Counted from the stretch's first letter, positions 7,893 to 17,100 are shown. The stretch is 35,236 nt of DNA from a virus (IMGVR_UViG_3300036783_000358:1-35236); one strand, 5' to 3'. Program-made: numbers and translations. Notes: generated from the sequence alone by a model not told the origin.

Positions 7893-10651
7893 TAAACCCC
7901 TACCGCCCACCAAAAGGCGACGCGTTCGTTTCCATTCATACCAGAGTCAAACCCACCCGGTCCCACGTTTAGCGCTTCCATGTTTGCAGATGAGTCCCCC
8001 CAATGCCCCGCCAATGTTAATTGAACGCCGAAACAATCCTGTGTAAACCCGCGAGGAAAATTAACCCGGTTAAGGTAGTTATCGCCGCGATTGATAACGC
8101 CGCCCTGATGGATATACCCGGTTAATTCGTCCTTATACCACCAAGCATTTCTATTGCCGGAAATATGGCTTCGATTGTTAAATGAATCCCAGTCAACGCG
8201 GCCATTGACTTGCTCAATCACCGCATCCCATAGCCATTTATTCCCCCAACGAGCACCAAATATATTGCCATCACTGGCATGAGTTGCCGCGCCAACGCTG
8301 AGGGCACCTTGAATCGTTACGTCATGACCCAACGTCATTGCACCCGTTTTCACATTGACGGCCATCGGGCGCAGGTTGTTAAACGTGCCATACTGGTCTT
8401 TTGCATTGGTCAGCATTAAATACATACTGCCGCCATCGTTACGCCAGAATGTGCCGTAATCCCCGCCGACAATACGATAGTTATCGATAGAGGTTGATTG
8501 AATTTCCGCGCTGGTTTTCACAATGCCGGTAAATACGCCGCCCCGGCTCATCATGACCGAATCCCAGCCGCTAAAAGTGCCATTGATGTTTACCGCTGCG
8601 CGGAGGCCGGGTTTTCCGCCTGCCTCATGAGACATCTGCAAGTAATGATGAAACTTGCCATTACCTGTGGCTGCGGATAGGTCATTCATATTGCTGGTAC
8701 ACAAAACAGATCCCCATGGCACGGCAGCCCAAGAACTATTTTCTGCACTCCATACCCCCGGCGTTGTTGGCGCATTCGCGCCAGTTAAGACGCGAGCAAC
8801 CCCCATTCGGGCGGCAAAGCTGTTTCTTACATCAGCGGCCTGAACATCAGAAGCTGTGGGTTTATTTCCTGAGTGGTACAGGTTCACAAAATCCGAATAT
8901 TTCCCCGTATCGTTAGCACGCAGCCAATAATTGTTGCTGGTTTTTTCCGCCAATAACTGGAAGCCTCTATGTTCAGTCACACTGAAATTCACCAGCGTAG
9001 AATAAGGTTGTGACGGATAACCTTTAATTTTCGGATCATCAAATTCCAGCGTTGACAGGCTGATCCCATGCTTCCATAAACTCGGTGAATCTGTGGCGTC
9101 GCGTAGCGGTTGCACTGGTAATACTGTTGAACCGTCAATCTCTAACCGGCCCTTCATCTTGTCGCCCGCAAGTTTTACAAAACGGCCGTCGGCTTCCGTT
9201 TTGTTCCATGCATTCACATCCGACGCCAGTAAATTAACATCACCGGTCAGCGGTTTTCCGTTCACACGAAAAGAGCGCATGGCATATTTCTGCGCCGCTT
9301 GGCCATCAGTCAACGCCCCTACATCCGCGGCAGTAGGTTTATTAGCAGGTGAGTAAACACGGGCATTGCCATCCCACACGGAAGCGCCGGTGATCCGGCC
9401 TTTGGCCGAAAATGACCCGGTACGCACATTTAAAAATGCTGTGCGGCCCTGTACGCCTTCCTGTTTGCATGTGTTATAAAAACCCAGCCCATACCAGCTT
9501 TGTATATCCACATTACAGGTTTCATAACTGGCCCCGTCCCCGTTCCCCGGAAAAAGTCCACCGGGCTTAGCCTTCCAACTGTTAGCCACCATCACGCCGC
9601 CAGATGCCTGAATTTCTTTCTGGAACGTGCCGCCCTGGGTAGCGGATACCGCATCCACATCTTGCGCCGTTGGCTTATAGTCCGTGGTGTAAATCCGTGC
9701 CCACTTGATGCCTTTCGTGGAGTTTGAACCACCTAAGAAGCCCGCACCGCTGTTAGATATACCCATATAGCCGGTAGACGGGCCACCATCGCAGGGCAAA
9801 GAAATCACCCCATATACGCCGTTACCCGGTGCATTTGCTGACGTGTTGTTTACGCGGAAAATTTCACCCTGATTGCAATAGGCATCATCACGATGACGCG
9901 ACCCCATCCCCAGCCCAAACGCACCAACGGCCATCAGTTGCCCGCCTTCAACACCGACGTTTTTTGTTGCTGCATTGCCCAGCGCAAGGTTGCCGCGTGC
10001 GGCGGATTTGTCGGTCAGATCGGACAGGTTGGCCGATTTCTTGGCACTGGCATCATTCACATCTTTAACGGCTTTCGGCGTTGCGGCCTTTGTTTCATCC
10101 GTGCTGTTTGTGGCGCTGCTCAGTTGCACCAACCCTTTAGCGGTGGTGCTGGCGTCCGGGTGGTTACGGGTTTTCTCATGTTCTTTGATGGCGTCGGCTA
10201 CAAAATCCTTGGTAGCCAGCACGGTATCGCCCCCGGCAATCACGCTGATGGCTCCGCTGCTGCTGACAATCAGGATCATGCGCAGCGTCTGCGTACGGCC
10301 GCTGCCTTCCTCCAGTTTCGGCTTGTAGCTTTCGGCCACATTACTGACCGCAATCAATGTGCCGAACTCGTCATACAGCCCCATTTCACGCAGCCAGAAC
10401 CCACCGACATTCGCCGGGATAATCAGCTCCGCCACAATATGATTTTTTATCGACTTATCAATGGTCAACCCGTTAAGGGTAGCGCGATATTTTTCATTGA
10501 TGAGCTTTGTCTGTGCCGGGTTCGGTGTGGGTAAGGTGCCGTTACCGTCCCCGACGGCCATACGGGTGATTTTTAACTGGGTACCGCCTGCCGACGCGGC
10601 GGCAATTTTGGCCGCCCCGGCGGTAGTAACAATCGCTTTATACTTGCTCAT
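7892..10651 (-). CDS. H: Tail fibre protein H
   Basis: P2-type N-terminus (MAVGDGNGTLP, GGFWLREMGL, HPDASTTAKGLVQLSSAT) and a modular C-terminal part with KPTAxDV linkers; 919 aa. Confidence 0.95.
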   Translation of the reverse strand: MSKYKAIVTTAGAAKIAAASAGGTQLKITRMAVGDGNGTLPTPNPAQTKLINEKYRATLNGLTIDKSIKNHIVAELIIPANVGGFWLREMGLYDEFGTLIAVSNVAESYKPKLEEGSGRTQTLRMILIVSSSGAISVIAGGDTVLATKDFVADAIKEHEKTRNHPDASTTAKGLVQLSSATNSTDETKAATPKAVKDVNDASAKKSANLSDLTDKSAARGNLALGNAATKNVGVEGGQLMAVGAFGLGMGSRHRDDAYCNQGEIFRVNNTSANAPGNGVYGVISLPCDGGPSTGYMGISNSGAGFLGGSNSTKGIKWARIYTTDYKPTAQDVDAVSATQGGTFQKEIQASGGVMVANSWKAKPGGLFPGNGDGASYETCNVDIQSWYGLGFYNTCKQEGVQGRTAFLNVRTGSFSAKGRITGASVWDGNARVYSPANKPTAADVGALTDGQAAQKYAMRSFRVNGKPLTGDVNLLASDVNAWNKTEADGRFVKLAGDKMKGRLEIDGSTVLPVQPLRDATDSPSLWKHGISLSTLEFDDPKIKGYPSQPYSTLVNFSVTEHRGFQLLAEKTSNNYWLRANDTGKYSDFVNLYHSGNKPTASDVQAADVRNSFAARMGVARVLTGANAPTTPGVWSAENSSWAAVPWGSVLCTSNMNDLSAATGNGKFHHYLQMSHEAGGKPGLRAAVNINGTFSGWDSVMMSRGGVFTGIVKTSAEIQSTSIDNYRIVGGDYGTFWRNDGGSMYLMLTNAKDQYGTFNNLRPMAVNVKTGAMTLGHDVTIQGALSVGAATHASDGNIFGARWGNKWLWDAVIEQVNGRVDWDSFNNRSHISGNRNAWWYKDELTGYIHQGGVINRGDNYLNRVNFPRGFTQDCFGVQLTLAGHWGDSSANMEALNVGPGGFDSGMNGNERVAFWWAVGV

Positions 10652-10660
10652 GATTTCCTC

Positions 10661-11194
10661 TTATCCGGGGTAAACGGTAATGACATCACCGTCAACGACA
10701 GCCGCGCCGACGTAAATCAGGCCGGGGATGTCCTGCAAAATATTAAGGCCGATCAGTTGACGGCTCAGGGGTTTGGCATCGGCGATCAGCCGCTCCATTT
10801 CTAAATACATTTCTTCCGTGATGCCGGTTTCCAGCACACCAATATCCAGCCGGAATGTGCCGGGCGGATCTGCGCCTTCAGTGTGAAACCATTCAACAAC
10901 GTTAATCAGGTAGCCGAGCGGCTCGACCACACGGCGCACGGCCCCAATGGTGCCTTTGTGGCGATGGATGAAAAACGCCGCAGCGACCACACCGCGCTTT
11001 ACATCCTCCGGCCATGCTTCATCCCATCTATCGACGGAAAATGCCCACGCCAGATAGGGCAGCAGGTGCACCGGGCAACGAGCCGGGTTCCACAGCTCGC
11101 GCAGTGGTACCGGTAAACGTTCCAGCTCAGCGCAGGCCGTGGCGGCGGCCACTTCCAGCGGGGACGAACCGACCGGCATTAAGCGGTTATTCAT
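10661..11194 (-). CDS. I: Baseplate/tail protein I
   Basis: LWNPARCPVHLLPYLAWAFSVDRWD, HRHKGTIGAVRR. Confidence 0.95.
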   Translation of the reverse strand: MNNRLMPVGSSPLEVAAATACAELERLPVPLRELWNPARCPVHLLPYLAWAFSVDRWDEAWPEDVKRGVVAAAFFIHRHKGTIGAVRRVVEPLGYLINVVEWFHTEGADPPGTFRLDIGVLETGITEEMYLEMERLIADAKPLSRQLIGLNILQDIPGLIYVGAAVVDGDVITVYPG

Positions 11195-12095
11195 CAGCCC
11201 GTCCCGGTTTGATAGTTAAGCCGGTGCAATAGCCTGCCTGCGTCTTATCCAACACGATATCAGCCGCCGGTTTGATGATGTCTACATGCTCGACCCCCTC
11301 AACGGTCAACGCGGCGTTCATACTTGATCGGCGAATACTGCGCCCTAATCGGCGCACACCCTCCACGTAATTACGCAGCCTTTCATTGGCCGCCGTGAGG
11401 ATCGGCGCTACCTCCGGGCCGGGATGAAGGTATAACGTGGCCTCGATGGCATAGCGGGTAATTTTGGCGGATTGCACCGTCACCCGATCAGCGACCGGGC
11501 GCACATCCTCATCGTTCAGCGCCACGCTGACGACTTGCAACAGCTCAGGGCTGGCGGTGCCGTCGCCGTCGCGTGACAACACTGTTACGGTCACGCAGGC
11601 CGGTGATGGGCTGATAGCGGTCACATCGGCCACACGACCATCAGCAGATCGTGCATGGAAGCGGTAAGAGCCTGCCGAACCGGCGGTGCTCATACCTTCA
11701 AAGGCATCGGGTAGGCGTAACCGATAATCGTCGTCTGATTCCATTAGCGCCGGTGTCGGCGGGATAGTGGTTTTATCCTCCGGGATGATCACAAGACGCG
11801 GGGTGTTAAAATTCCCGCCAAACTGGTCAAGATCGGTACCGGTGGAATAAGCCAACATCACCGCCTTGGCGGCATCATTGATACGCTGGCGTAAAATCAC
11901 CTCACGATAGGCGTTCTCCTGTAACAGCTTCACGATCGGCTCTGACTCCAGCGCCAGCGTGCGGCTGATGGCCTCGCGTTCCGCCTCGGGATAAAGTGAA
12001 ATTAGCGTAGCCTTACGTTCTACCAGCAGCGTTTCATAGTCCAACACCTCGACCACTGTCGGGGCGGGAAGCAGACTTAAGTTAATCGTTGCCAT
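11187..12095 (-). CDS. J: Baseplate assembly protein J
   Basis: LESEPIVKLLQENAYRE, VRPVADRVTVQSA. Confidence 0.95.
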   Translation of the reverse strand: MATINLSLLPAPTVVEVLDYETLLVERKATLISLYPEAEREAISRTLALESEPIVKLLQENAYREVILRQRINDAAKAVMLAYSTGTDLDQFGGNFNTPRLVIIPEDKTTIPPTPALMESDDDYRLRLPDAFEGMSTAGSAGSYRFHARSADGRVADVTAISPSPACVTVTVLSRDGDGTASPELLQVVSVALNDEDVRPVADRVTVQSAKITRYAIEATLYLHPGPEVAPILTAANERLRNYVEGVRRLGRSIRRSSMNAALTVEGVEHVDIIKPAADIVLDKTQAGYCTGLTIKPGRADE

Positions 12096-12098
12096 GGT

Positions 12099-12449
12099 TC
12101 AGCTCACAGGAATAGACAACGACAACGCGCCGGGGGTATCGGTGCGGGTGCCGGTGATGTCGATCACCATCTTGCCGTTGTAGGTGGTGTTAAAGGTGAT
12201 GCCGGTTAGCTTTACGCGTGGCTCCCATGCCAAAATCGCGCTGTAACAGGCGGCCATAATTTGCAGCCGCAACGTGTCATTCTGCGGCTGGTCGAGCAGC
12301 TCAGACAGCAACGAACCATAAGCCCGGCGCATAGGGCGTGAACCCTGTGGCGTTATCAGAATGTCAGCCACGGACTGTCGAATATGGTCGATATCCGTCA
12401 ACGTGCGGCCAGTTTCGCGGTTCATGCCGATATATTTGGCGTTTTTCAT
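12099..12449 (-). CDS. W: Baseplate protein W (gp25-like)
   Basis: HIRQSVADILITPQGSRPMRRAYGS, WEPR. Confidence 0.95.
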   Translation of the reverse strand: MKNAKYIGMNRETGRTLTDIDHIRQSVADILITPQGSRPMRRAYGSLLSELLDQPQNDTLRLQIMAACYSAILAWEPRVKLTGITFNTTYNGKMVIDITGTRTDTPGALSLSIPVS

Positions 12450-13078
12450 GTCGGTGTATCCGATTTGTCTTCACCATGCTTGACGCCGCCATGAGTGTGC
12501 TTATCAACGACAACGCCGTTGGATGAGAACGAGCCGCCGCTGTGCTCAATGGTGCCGGTCATCGTGCCGCCTTTTTTCACTTCCAGCGTGCCTGTGGTCA
12601 GCTTGTTAGTGCAGATCACCTCCGGGGTATCGAGGGTGATGCTTTTTGCGGCTTTGACGATCACCACTTTCGTGCTGGCGGTAATTGACTCGGACGCCTG
12701 TACATCAGCGGTTTTAATGCCGGTCACACTGAGCGCTCCAGTGGCCGGTTCATACTCCAGCACCGCACCATCAGGGAATTGGGTATGTAGCGCATCCGCT
12801 GACACCGACGGGGCCGGGAAGTCGTCGGAATAAATGCCGCACAATACAAAGGCAGTATCGAGTTCCCCCCCCAGCGCAAATACAATAACCTGCTCTCCGG
12901 CTGACGGGGCCGACCATATACGGGTACGTCCAGCGCGAAAGGAGATCCAGTTGAGCCAGTCGGTAAGATTGCCGCCGGTATCGACACGGCAAAGACCGCG
13001 GTCTGGGTCGACGGCGTTCACGGTGCCAATGCGGATCAGGTTGCGCAGCAGACGCAGAATGTCGGATTGATTTTTCAT
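12446..13078 (-). CDS. V: Baseplate spike protein V
   Basis: NLIRIGTV...TDWLNW...RAG...PSAGEQV and the C-terminal HTH metal-binding motif. Confidence 0.96.
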   Translation of the reverse strand: MKNQSDILRLLRNLIRIGTVNAVDPDRGLCRVDTGGNLTDWLNWISFRAGRTRIWSAPSAGEQVIVFALGGELDTAFVLCGIYSDDFPAPSVSADALHTQFPDGAVLEYEPATGALSVTGIKTADVQASESITASTKVVIVKAAKSITLDTPEVICTNKLTTGTLEVKKGGTMTGTIEHSGGSFSSNGVVVDKHTHGGVKHGEDKSDTPT

Positions 13079-13143
13079 ACTGAAAGGATGCCGCCCAACT
13101 CAGGCGGCGACAACTGGGAGTCGTTGGAAGATGAAGCAAACAA
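13078..13143 (-). promoter_or_regulatory. Ogr-activated late promoter pV (leaderless transcript predicted)
   Basis: TTGT-TTGCTTCAT-CTTCCAA at 13143-13124 and -10-like CATCCT at 13090-13085. The predicted start coincides with the V ATG, there is no SD, and P2 V is known to be leaderless. Confidence 0.78.
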
Positions 13144-13176
13144 CGAGTATTATTTATTTTTAAAATCAAAGTACAC

Positions 13177-13205
13177 TTATCAAACCGCCCATATCTCTAT
13201 ATCAT
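13177..13205 (+). promoter_or_regulatory. Putative sigma70 promoter of moron 13236..13991
   Basis: TTATCA-17-TATCAT; SD GAGGG at 13224-13228. Confidence 0.55.
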
Positions 13206-13235
13206 AAAATAACATTCACTAGTGAGGGACTACTG

Positions 13236-13991
13236 ATGCTCGACTCTTTCATAACAGATAAAAGCAAAGATTTACTATTAATCATTTTCCTAACCCTTAC
13301 AGTAATTAGGGTTGGTGGGCTTTCATTTTTATTTCGCTTGATATTAAAACTATTGAAAATAGAATTCACACATGAAAAGCTAAAAAAACAAAATCAAAAA
13401 ACATTTGAAGCACAAATGTATCGATTCATTAATGGTATCAACATCCAATGCGTAGAGGATGGCGCATTAATAGAAGAGAACATTGAGAGTGGAAAAATCC
13501 AACGCTCATCATTTTGGTTTACTGGTTTTTTTGGCCCCATTGGTTATAAGAGACTAATGAGGATAGAGCTTTTATTGATCGGATCAATTTTCTTTATTTG
13601 CATCATACTTGGTGCCGCCTTGCTATATAATAGCATCTCCGACTATAAAAAAGGATATGTTCACTTTAATTTAACCGGTGAAGATATATACATATCCACC
13701 GAGAATATTTACGATAAAAACAAAAACAAAACCACAACAAAAGAGATTTGCAACACTCAGAAAGAAAGCCTATCAAACACATATATTGAGGCATGCGGTT
13801 ATTTACCACCCACATCGGAAGAGAAAAGCAAAGAGTTGAACGAAGCAATAGAAACCGAAAAGAAAAACACCAAGCTATTTGAATTAACTGGATTTATCTT
13901 CATATTTATAGCTGTATTGCTACTTTTAGGTTTCTTGCAATACATTAGTTTAAATAAGAAAATATGTGATATCAAAGATAACCTAAAATGA
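13236..13991 (+). CDS. AT-rich moron, 251-aa membrane protein (about 3 TM segments, possibly DUF6216-like)
   Basis: Antisense to the late operon, with its own promoter and SD. Hydrophobic stretches near aa 12-40, 111-132 and 217-238. Confidence 0.8.
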   Translation: MLDSFITDKSKDLLLIIFLTLTVIRVGGLSFLFRLILKLLKIEFTHEKLKKQNQKTFEAQMYRFINGINIQCVEDGALIEENIESGKIQRSSFWFTGFFGPIGYKRLMRIELLLIGSIFFICIILGAALLYNSISDYKKGYVHFNLTGEDIYISTENIYDKNKNKTTTKEICNTQKESLSNTYIEACGYLPPTSEEKSKELNEAIETEKKNTKLFELTGFIFIFIAVLLLLGFLQYISLNKKICDIKDNLK

Positions 13992-14040
13992 CGTAAATTA
14001 GAAAGTAAGTACAGCACAAAAGCGGTATCAAGTTATCTAA

Positions 14041-14238
14041 AAAGTACTCCTGCTTACCGACAGAGAACACCGTTCACCTATGGGTACAGCCGGAGCGGAA
14101 GGCTGGCCAGCTGAACCAGTCCGTGAGATTGCCGAAAGTTTGGACGCTATATCGGCAGCTATCGATGCCAACGCTGTTCATAGTTCCAATACGAATCAAC
14201 TTGTGCTGCAGGTGCGAAATGTCGTGTTGATTGTTCAT
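14041..14238 (-). pseudogene. V: Decayed duplicate of the 5' end of baseplate gene V
   Basis: Translates MNNQHDISHLQHKLIRIGTMNSVGIDSCRYSVQTFGNLTDWFSWPAFRSGCTHR*, 28/54 identical to V without gaps. TGA (14076-14074) replaces the Trp55 codon, and similarity continues briefly (SVGKQ vs SAGEQ). Confidence 0.85.
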
Positions 14239-14303
14239 GCTGGAAAGATGCCGCCCTGCGCGGGCGGCGACAAAATGGAGAGGTTAGAAGGAGGAACAAA
14301 CAA
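14238..14303 (-). promoter_or_regulatory. Duplicate late promoter pV'
   Basis: Ungapped similarity to pV at offset +1160: TTGT-TTGTTCCTC-CTTCTAA (14303-14284) and GGCGGCATCTT -10 region. Confidence 0.65.
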
Positions 14304-14319
14304 CGTTAATAGATGATTA

Positions 14320-15114
14320 TTAGTGTTCGTCTTCAGCTAACCAAACATCCAACCGTCTAAACTTTTTATACTTAATATAATAATCCAAATCGTCGAACTC
14401 ATCCTTTATATCTTCAAGTATATTCGGGCTATTTTCTTGCAATATTTCCGATTCTTTCACCATAGACAGAAATTGATTGCAAACGTCAGTTTCATTATGC
14501 CTTTCCAATGATTTATTAAACTTAGCAAGTTCATTATTCACTTCATTTCTATGATTTATTGCTTTTGAATGCTCATCATAAATCTCAGGTGTAATCACAC
14601 TTCCCAACGATTTTATTTTTAACTCTCTATTTTTCAATTCTTCAGCAAAGATGGGCCTTACCTTTTGAAGAACCACCTCATAAAGATCATATATATTAAC
14701 ACTATGCCACTCCTTTTTGGCCTCTTCCAACCTAGAATGCTCAGCACCGATCCCGCCCAACTCAGCATCTATTTTATTGATAATTTCAAGTTGCTTACTT
14801 CTTGGCATAGGTCTGCTCCACCGCCCTTGCTTTGACAGCAGAATAAAAAGCATATTCGTGATAGGTAAAGTCACCTCTCTCAACCTTTTAAGAATCCCTT
14901 CTGCTTCATCTATCTTTTCTTGAAGCTCTGCTTCAATACCAAAACCTTTAAAGCTCTTGAATTGCGAGATATATACAAAAACCAAACATAAAAAGCCAGC
15001 ACTATAATTAACTCCAGCAGCACTAACCTTATCTGAGAAAGATAAAGCGCCTCCAGAAACAAAAAGTAAAACTGCCAATATAAATATCACGCGCCTTATA
15101 TGCTTATCATTCAT
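14320..15114 (-). CDS. AT-rich moron, 264-aa protein with two N-terminal TM helices and a helical cytoplasmic domain
   Basis: SD GGAGG; two hydrophobic segments, then FKSFKGFGIEAEL and a coiled-coil-like region. No family recognised. Confidence 0.8.
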   Translation of the reverse strand: MNDKHIRRVIFILAVLLFVSGGALSFSDKVSAAGVNYSAGFLCLVFVYISQFKSFKGFGIEAELQEKIDEAEGILKRLREVTLPITNMLFILLSKQGRWSRPMPRSKQLEIINKIDAELGGIGAEHSRLEEAKKEWHSVNIYDLYEVVLQKVRPIFAEELKNRELKIKSLGSVITPEIYDEHSKAINHRNEVNNELAKFNKSLERHNETDVCNQFLSMVKESEILQENSPNILEDIKDEFDDLDYYIKYKKFRRLDVWLAEDEH

Positions 15115-15157
15115 AACTACCCCTCCAAGATGGAAGAAAATACTTTATTAGAGAAAA

Positions 15158-15604
15158 TTAATATTGTAAATGTTGTATTACTGCAATCTCTACTATATCA
15201 ATGTCATTTTGGCTAAACCCCAGCAACGGGCGGGCCTCATATTTTACCGCCTCGCTGTGCGGTGTTGGCCGGTCACGCAGGCCATAATGGTGCACGTTAG
15301 CCATGCGCTTAACCCGCCCGACAAACTCCACCACGGCATCGTCGCTGCTACCCTTGGCTTTCATGTAACGGGCGGTGCGCAGCTTTGAGAACATCGCCCG
15401 ATCACGCAAGCACTTTGTATTGCGCAACGGCGTTTTACGCGGGGCATACGGGGTGCCGTCCGGTGCCTGCTGGCGCTTGATGTTTTGCTGTTGGCTGGCG
15501 CGTAAACGCTTGGACACAGCAACCGCCAACGACTTGCGGGACTGCGGCGACAACGCGGTAATCAGCCCGGCCAAACCGGCGTCAAAGGGGCTAAACTCGT
15601 TCAT
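15158..15604 (-). CDS. S: Tail completion / virion morphogenesis protein S
   Basis: QQAPDGTPYAPRK, MFSKLRT, VHHYGLRD, YEARPLLG. ATG 15604 chosen; GTG 15613 is an alternative start. Confidence 0.92.
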   Translation of the reverse strand: MNEFSPFDAGLAGLITALSPQSRKSLAVAVSKRLRASQQQNIKRQQAPDGTPYAPRKTPLRNTKCLRDRAMFSKLRTARYMKAKGSSDDAVVEFVGRVKRMANVHHYGLRDRPTPHSEAVKYEARPLLGFSQNDIDIVEIAVIQHLQY

Positions 15605-16067
15605 TCCACTCACTCACTAATTCACCGTGTACAAAGAGCTGCAGCGGGCGCGTGACGTTTTCCGGCAACGGGGGTTCCGGCAGGTGCTTAACATGCAATG
15701 CCCCGCCGTCCTGCTCATTGACCACCACACGCTCGGTTAACTGCAGGGATACGCTGAAATCGTAAGAGCCGTTGTTATTAAAATCCGTGGCAAAGGTAAA
15801 GCCGGTGCGGCGTTTTTCTGGTGTGGCCATAATGTCCGGTTGGTTTTCACGTAACCACGCCTGTATCGGCACCACGATTAAATCCAGATCGCCGGTGTAA
15901 TCCAGAAACAGCAGATTCAGCGTGTAGCAATACTCATGCGACAGCGAGGTGGCAAGCGTGGAGGCAATATTCCCACCCGGCACCCGTACCTGTAGATTTT
16001 CGGGATTACGTTGTAGCCATTGAAGGCAATTTGTCAGCTCAGCGCGGAGCTGCTGCGGTTTTAACAT
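15591..16067 (-). CDS. R: Tail completion protein R
   Basis: MLKPQQLR, WLRENQPDIM, LQLTERVVV, HLPEPPLP. Confidence 0.93.
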   Translation of the reverse strand: MLKPQQLRAELTNCLQWLQRNPENLQVRVPGGNIASTLATSLSHEYCYTLNLLFLDYTGDLDLIVVPIQAWLRENQPDIMATPEKRRTGFTFATDFNNNGSYDFSVSLQLTERVVVNEQDGGALHVKHLPEPPLPENVTRPLQLFVHGELVSEWNERV

Positions 16068-16320
16068 GGTGTTGCTCCTGACAAGTTTTAATGGCGTCGA
16101 CCTGTACGGCGCAGGCCGCTAAGGCGTTTTCAAGCTGGCGAATATCGGCGCTCAAATCGCCGTTATTCTTCGGGCTGCTGGCCGGTATCTGGCACGGGTT
16201 CACCGTCGGACAACCAACGTAGATAATCGGCGGCACGGGTGAAGCTGGGGCGCTGGTGCAGCCGGGCAACGTCAACAGGCAAAGGAGTGTTGAACCAATC
16301 GCGTAAAATTTGGTTTTCAT
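16039..16320 (-). CDS. lysC: o-spanin lipoprotein (LysC/Rz1-like)
   Basis: Signal peptide with lipobox LPGC, GCPTVNPC, NGDL...CAVQVD; overlaps lysB. Confidence 0.88.
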   Translation of the reverse strand: MKTKFYAIGSTLLCLLTLPGCTSAPASPVPPIIYVGCPTVNPCQIPASSPKNNGDLSADIRQLENALAACAVQVDAIKTCQEQHHVKTAAAPR

Positions 16321-16591
16321 TCAGTAATCTCTGTATTTTTTGCTCACGGGTTAGCGCCAGCAGGTGCGCGTTGTTGAGGTCATTCCGCAGGCTTTTCTCT
16401 TCCTGCGCCAATTGGCTGGCCGCTGCCTGCAACGTGCTGATCGCAGTGCGGGTGTCGGTCAGCGCCGTCGAAATCCTGCTGTTTTCCCGCCGAGCTTCAT
16501 CCAACTGATCACCCAGGGCGACAACCTTCCGGTTAAGCAAACCGACGACAACCAACGACAGCAACAGGAACAACACGGCAAGGCGGGTCAT
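16163..16591 (-). CDS. lysB: i-spanin LysB
   Basis: N-terminal TM, coiled coil, LLNEN..LRDW...LPVDVARL. Confidence 0.9.
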   Translation of the reverse strand: MTRLAVLFLLLSLVVVGLLNRKVVALGDQLDEARRENSRISTALTDTRTAISTLQAAASQLAQEEKSLRNDLNNAHLLALTREQKIQRLLNENQILRDWFNTPLPVDVARLHQRPSFTRAADYLRWLSDGEPVPDTGQQPEE

Positions 16592-17100
16592 GGTGTGGCC
16601 CCAGTCAGACAGTAGGCCATTTCTGACGCCCGGCGGCGTTCCAGCCCGGCGGATTTAACCCCGTTGACATACACCCAACGCGGCAACTGCTGGCAGGCGC
16701 TGCGCCATTCCTGCCGCTTGATGAAACCGGCCAGTGTGGAGCCACACGCCGCCGTCATGCCCACATTGAAGGTAAAGGACACTACCGCGTCATAAACCGG
16801 TTGCGGCATCGTGACAGGCATACAGCGCCCTATCGCACGCTCAACCCGATAAACGTCGGCAACAAGATTGACGGCAGCTTGGCGTTCGTTAATGACCTTG
16901 CCCGGCACTACCCCGGCGGTGTGGCCGATGCCAATCGTCCACACGTTCGCGCTGCACTGGTAAGGAGAAAGCCGACAGCCTTCAAAATCAGCCAGCAGAC
17001 GCAACCCGGCCTCAGAGGTGTGCAAAGCGCTGTATTGTGGCAGTAAGGCGGCCAGCGCCAGCACGGCGGCCACGGTGCAACGTTTAGCGATTGAGTTCAT
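16588..17100 (-). CDS. SAR endolysin, GH24 lysozyme
   Basis: Ala/Leu-rich N-terminus; E40-x8-C49-x5-T55 triad (EGCRLSPYQCSANVWT); FNVG, GLERRR. Confidence 0.93.
   Translation of the reverse strand: MNSIAKRCTVAAVLALAALLPQYSALHTSEAGLRLLADFEGCRLSPYQCSANVWTIGIGHTAGVVPGKVINERQAAVNLVADVYRVERAIGRCMPVTMPQPVYDAVVSFTFNVGMTAACGSTLAGFIKRQEWRSACQQLPRWVYVNGVKSAGLERRRASEMAYCLTGATP

Noticed and set aside
637-12833. Many + strand ORFs overlapping tail and baseplate genes (e.g. 3628..4395, 9893..10534, 5002..5535)
   Set aside because: Antisense shadows of GC-rich conserved structural genes, with no motifs or SD support.
14080-14316. 78-aa + strand ORF in the track
   Set aside because: It is the antisense reading of the V pseudogene and pV' copy; no protein features.
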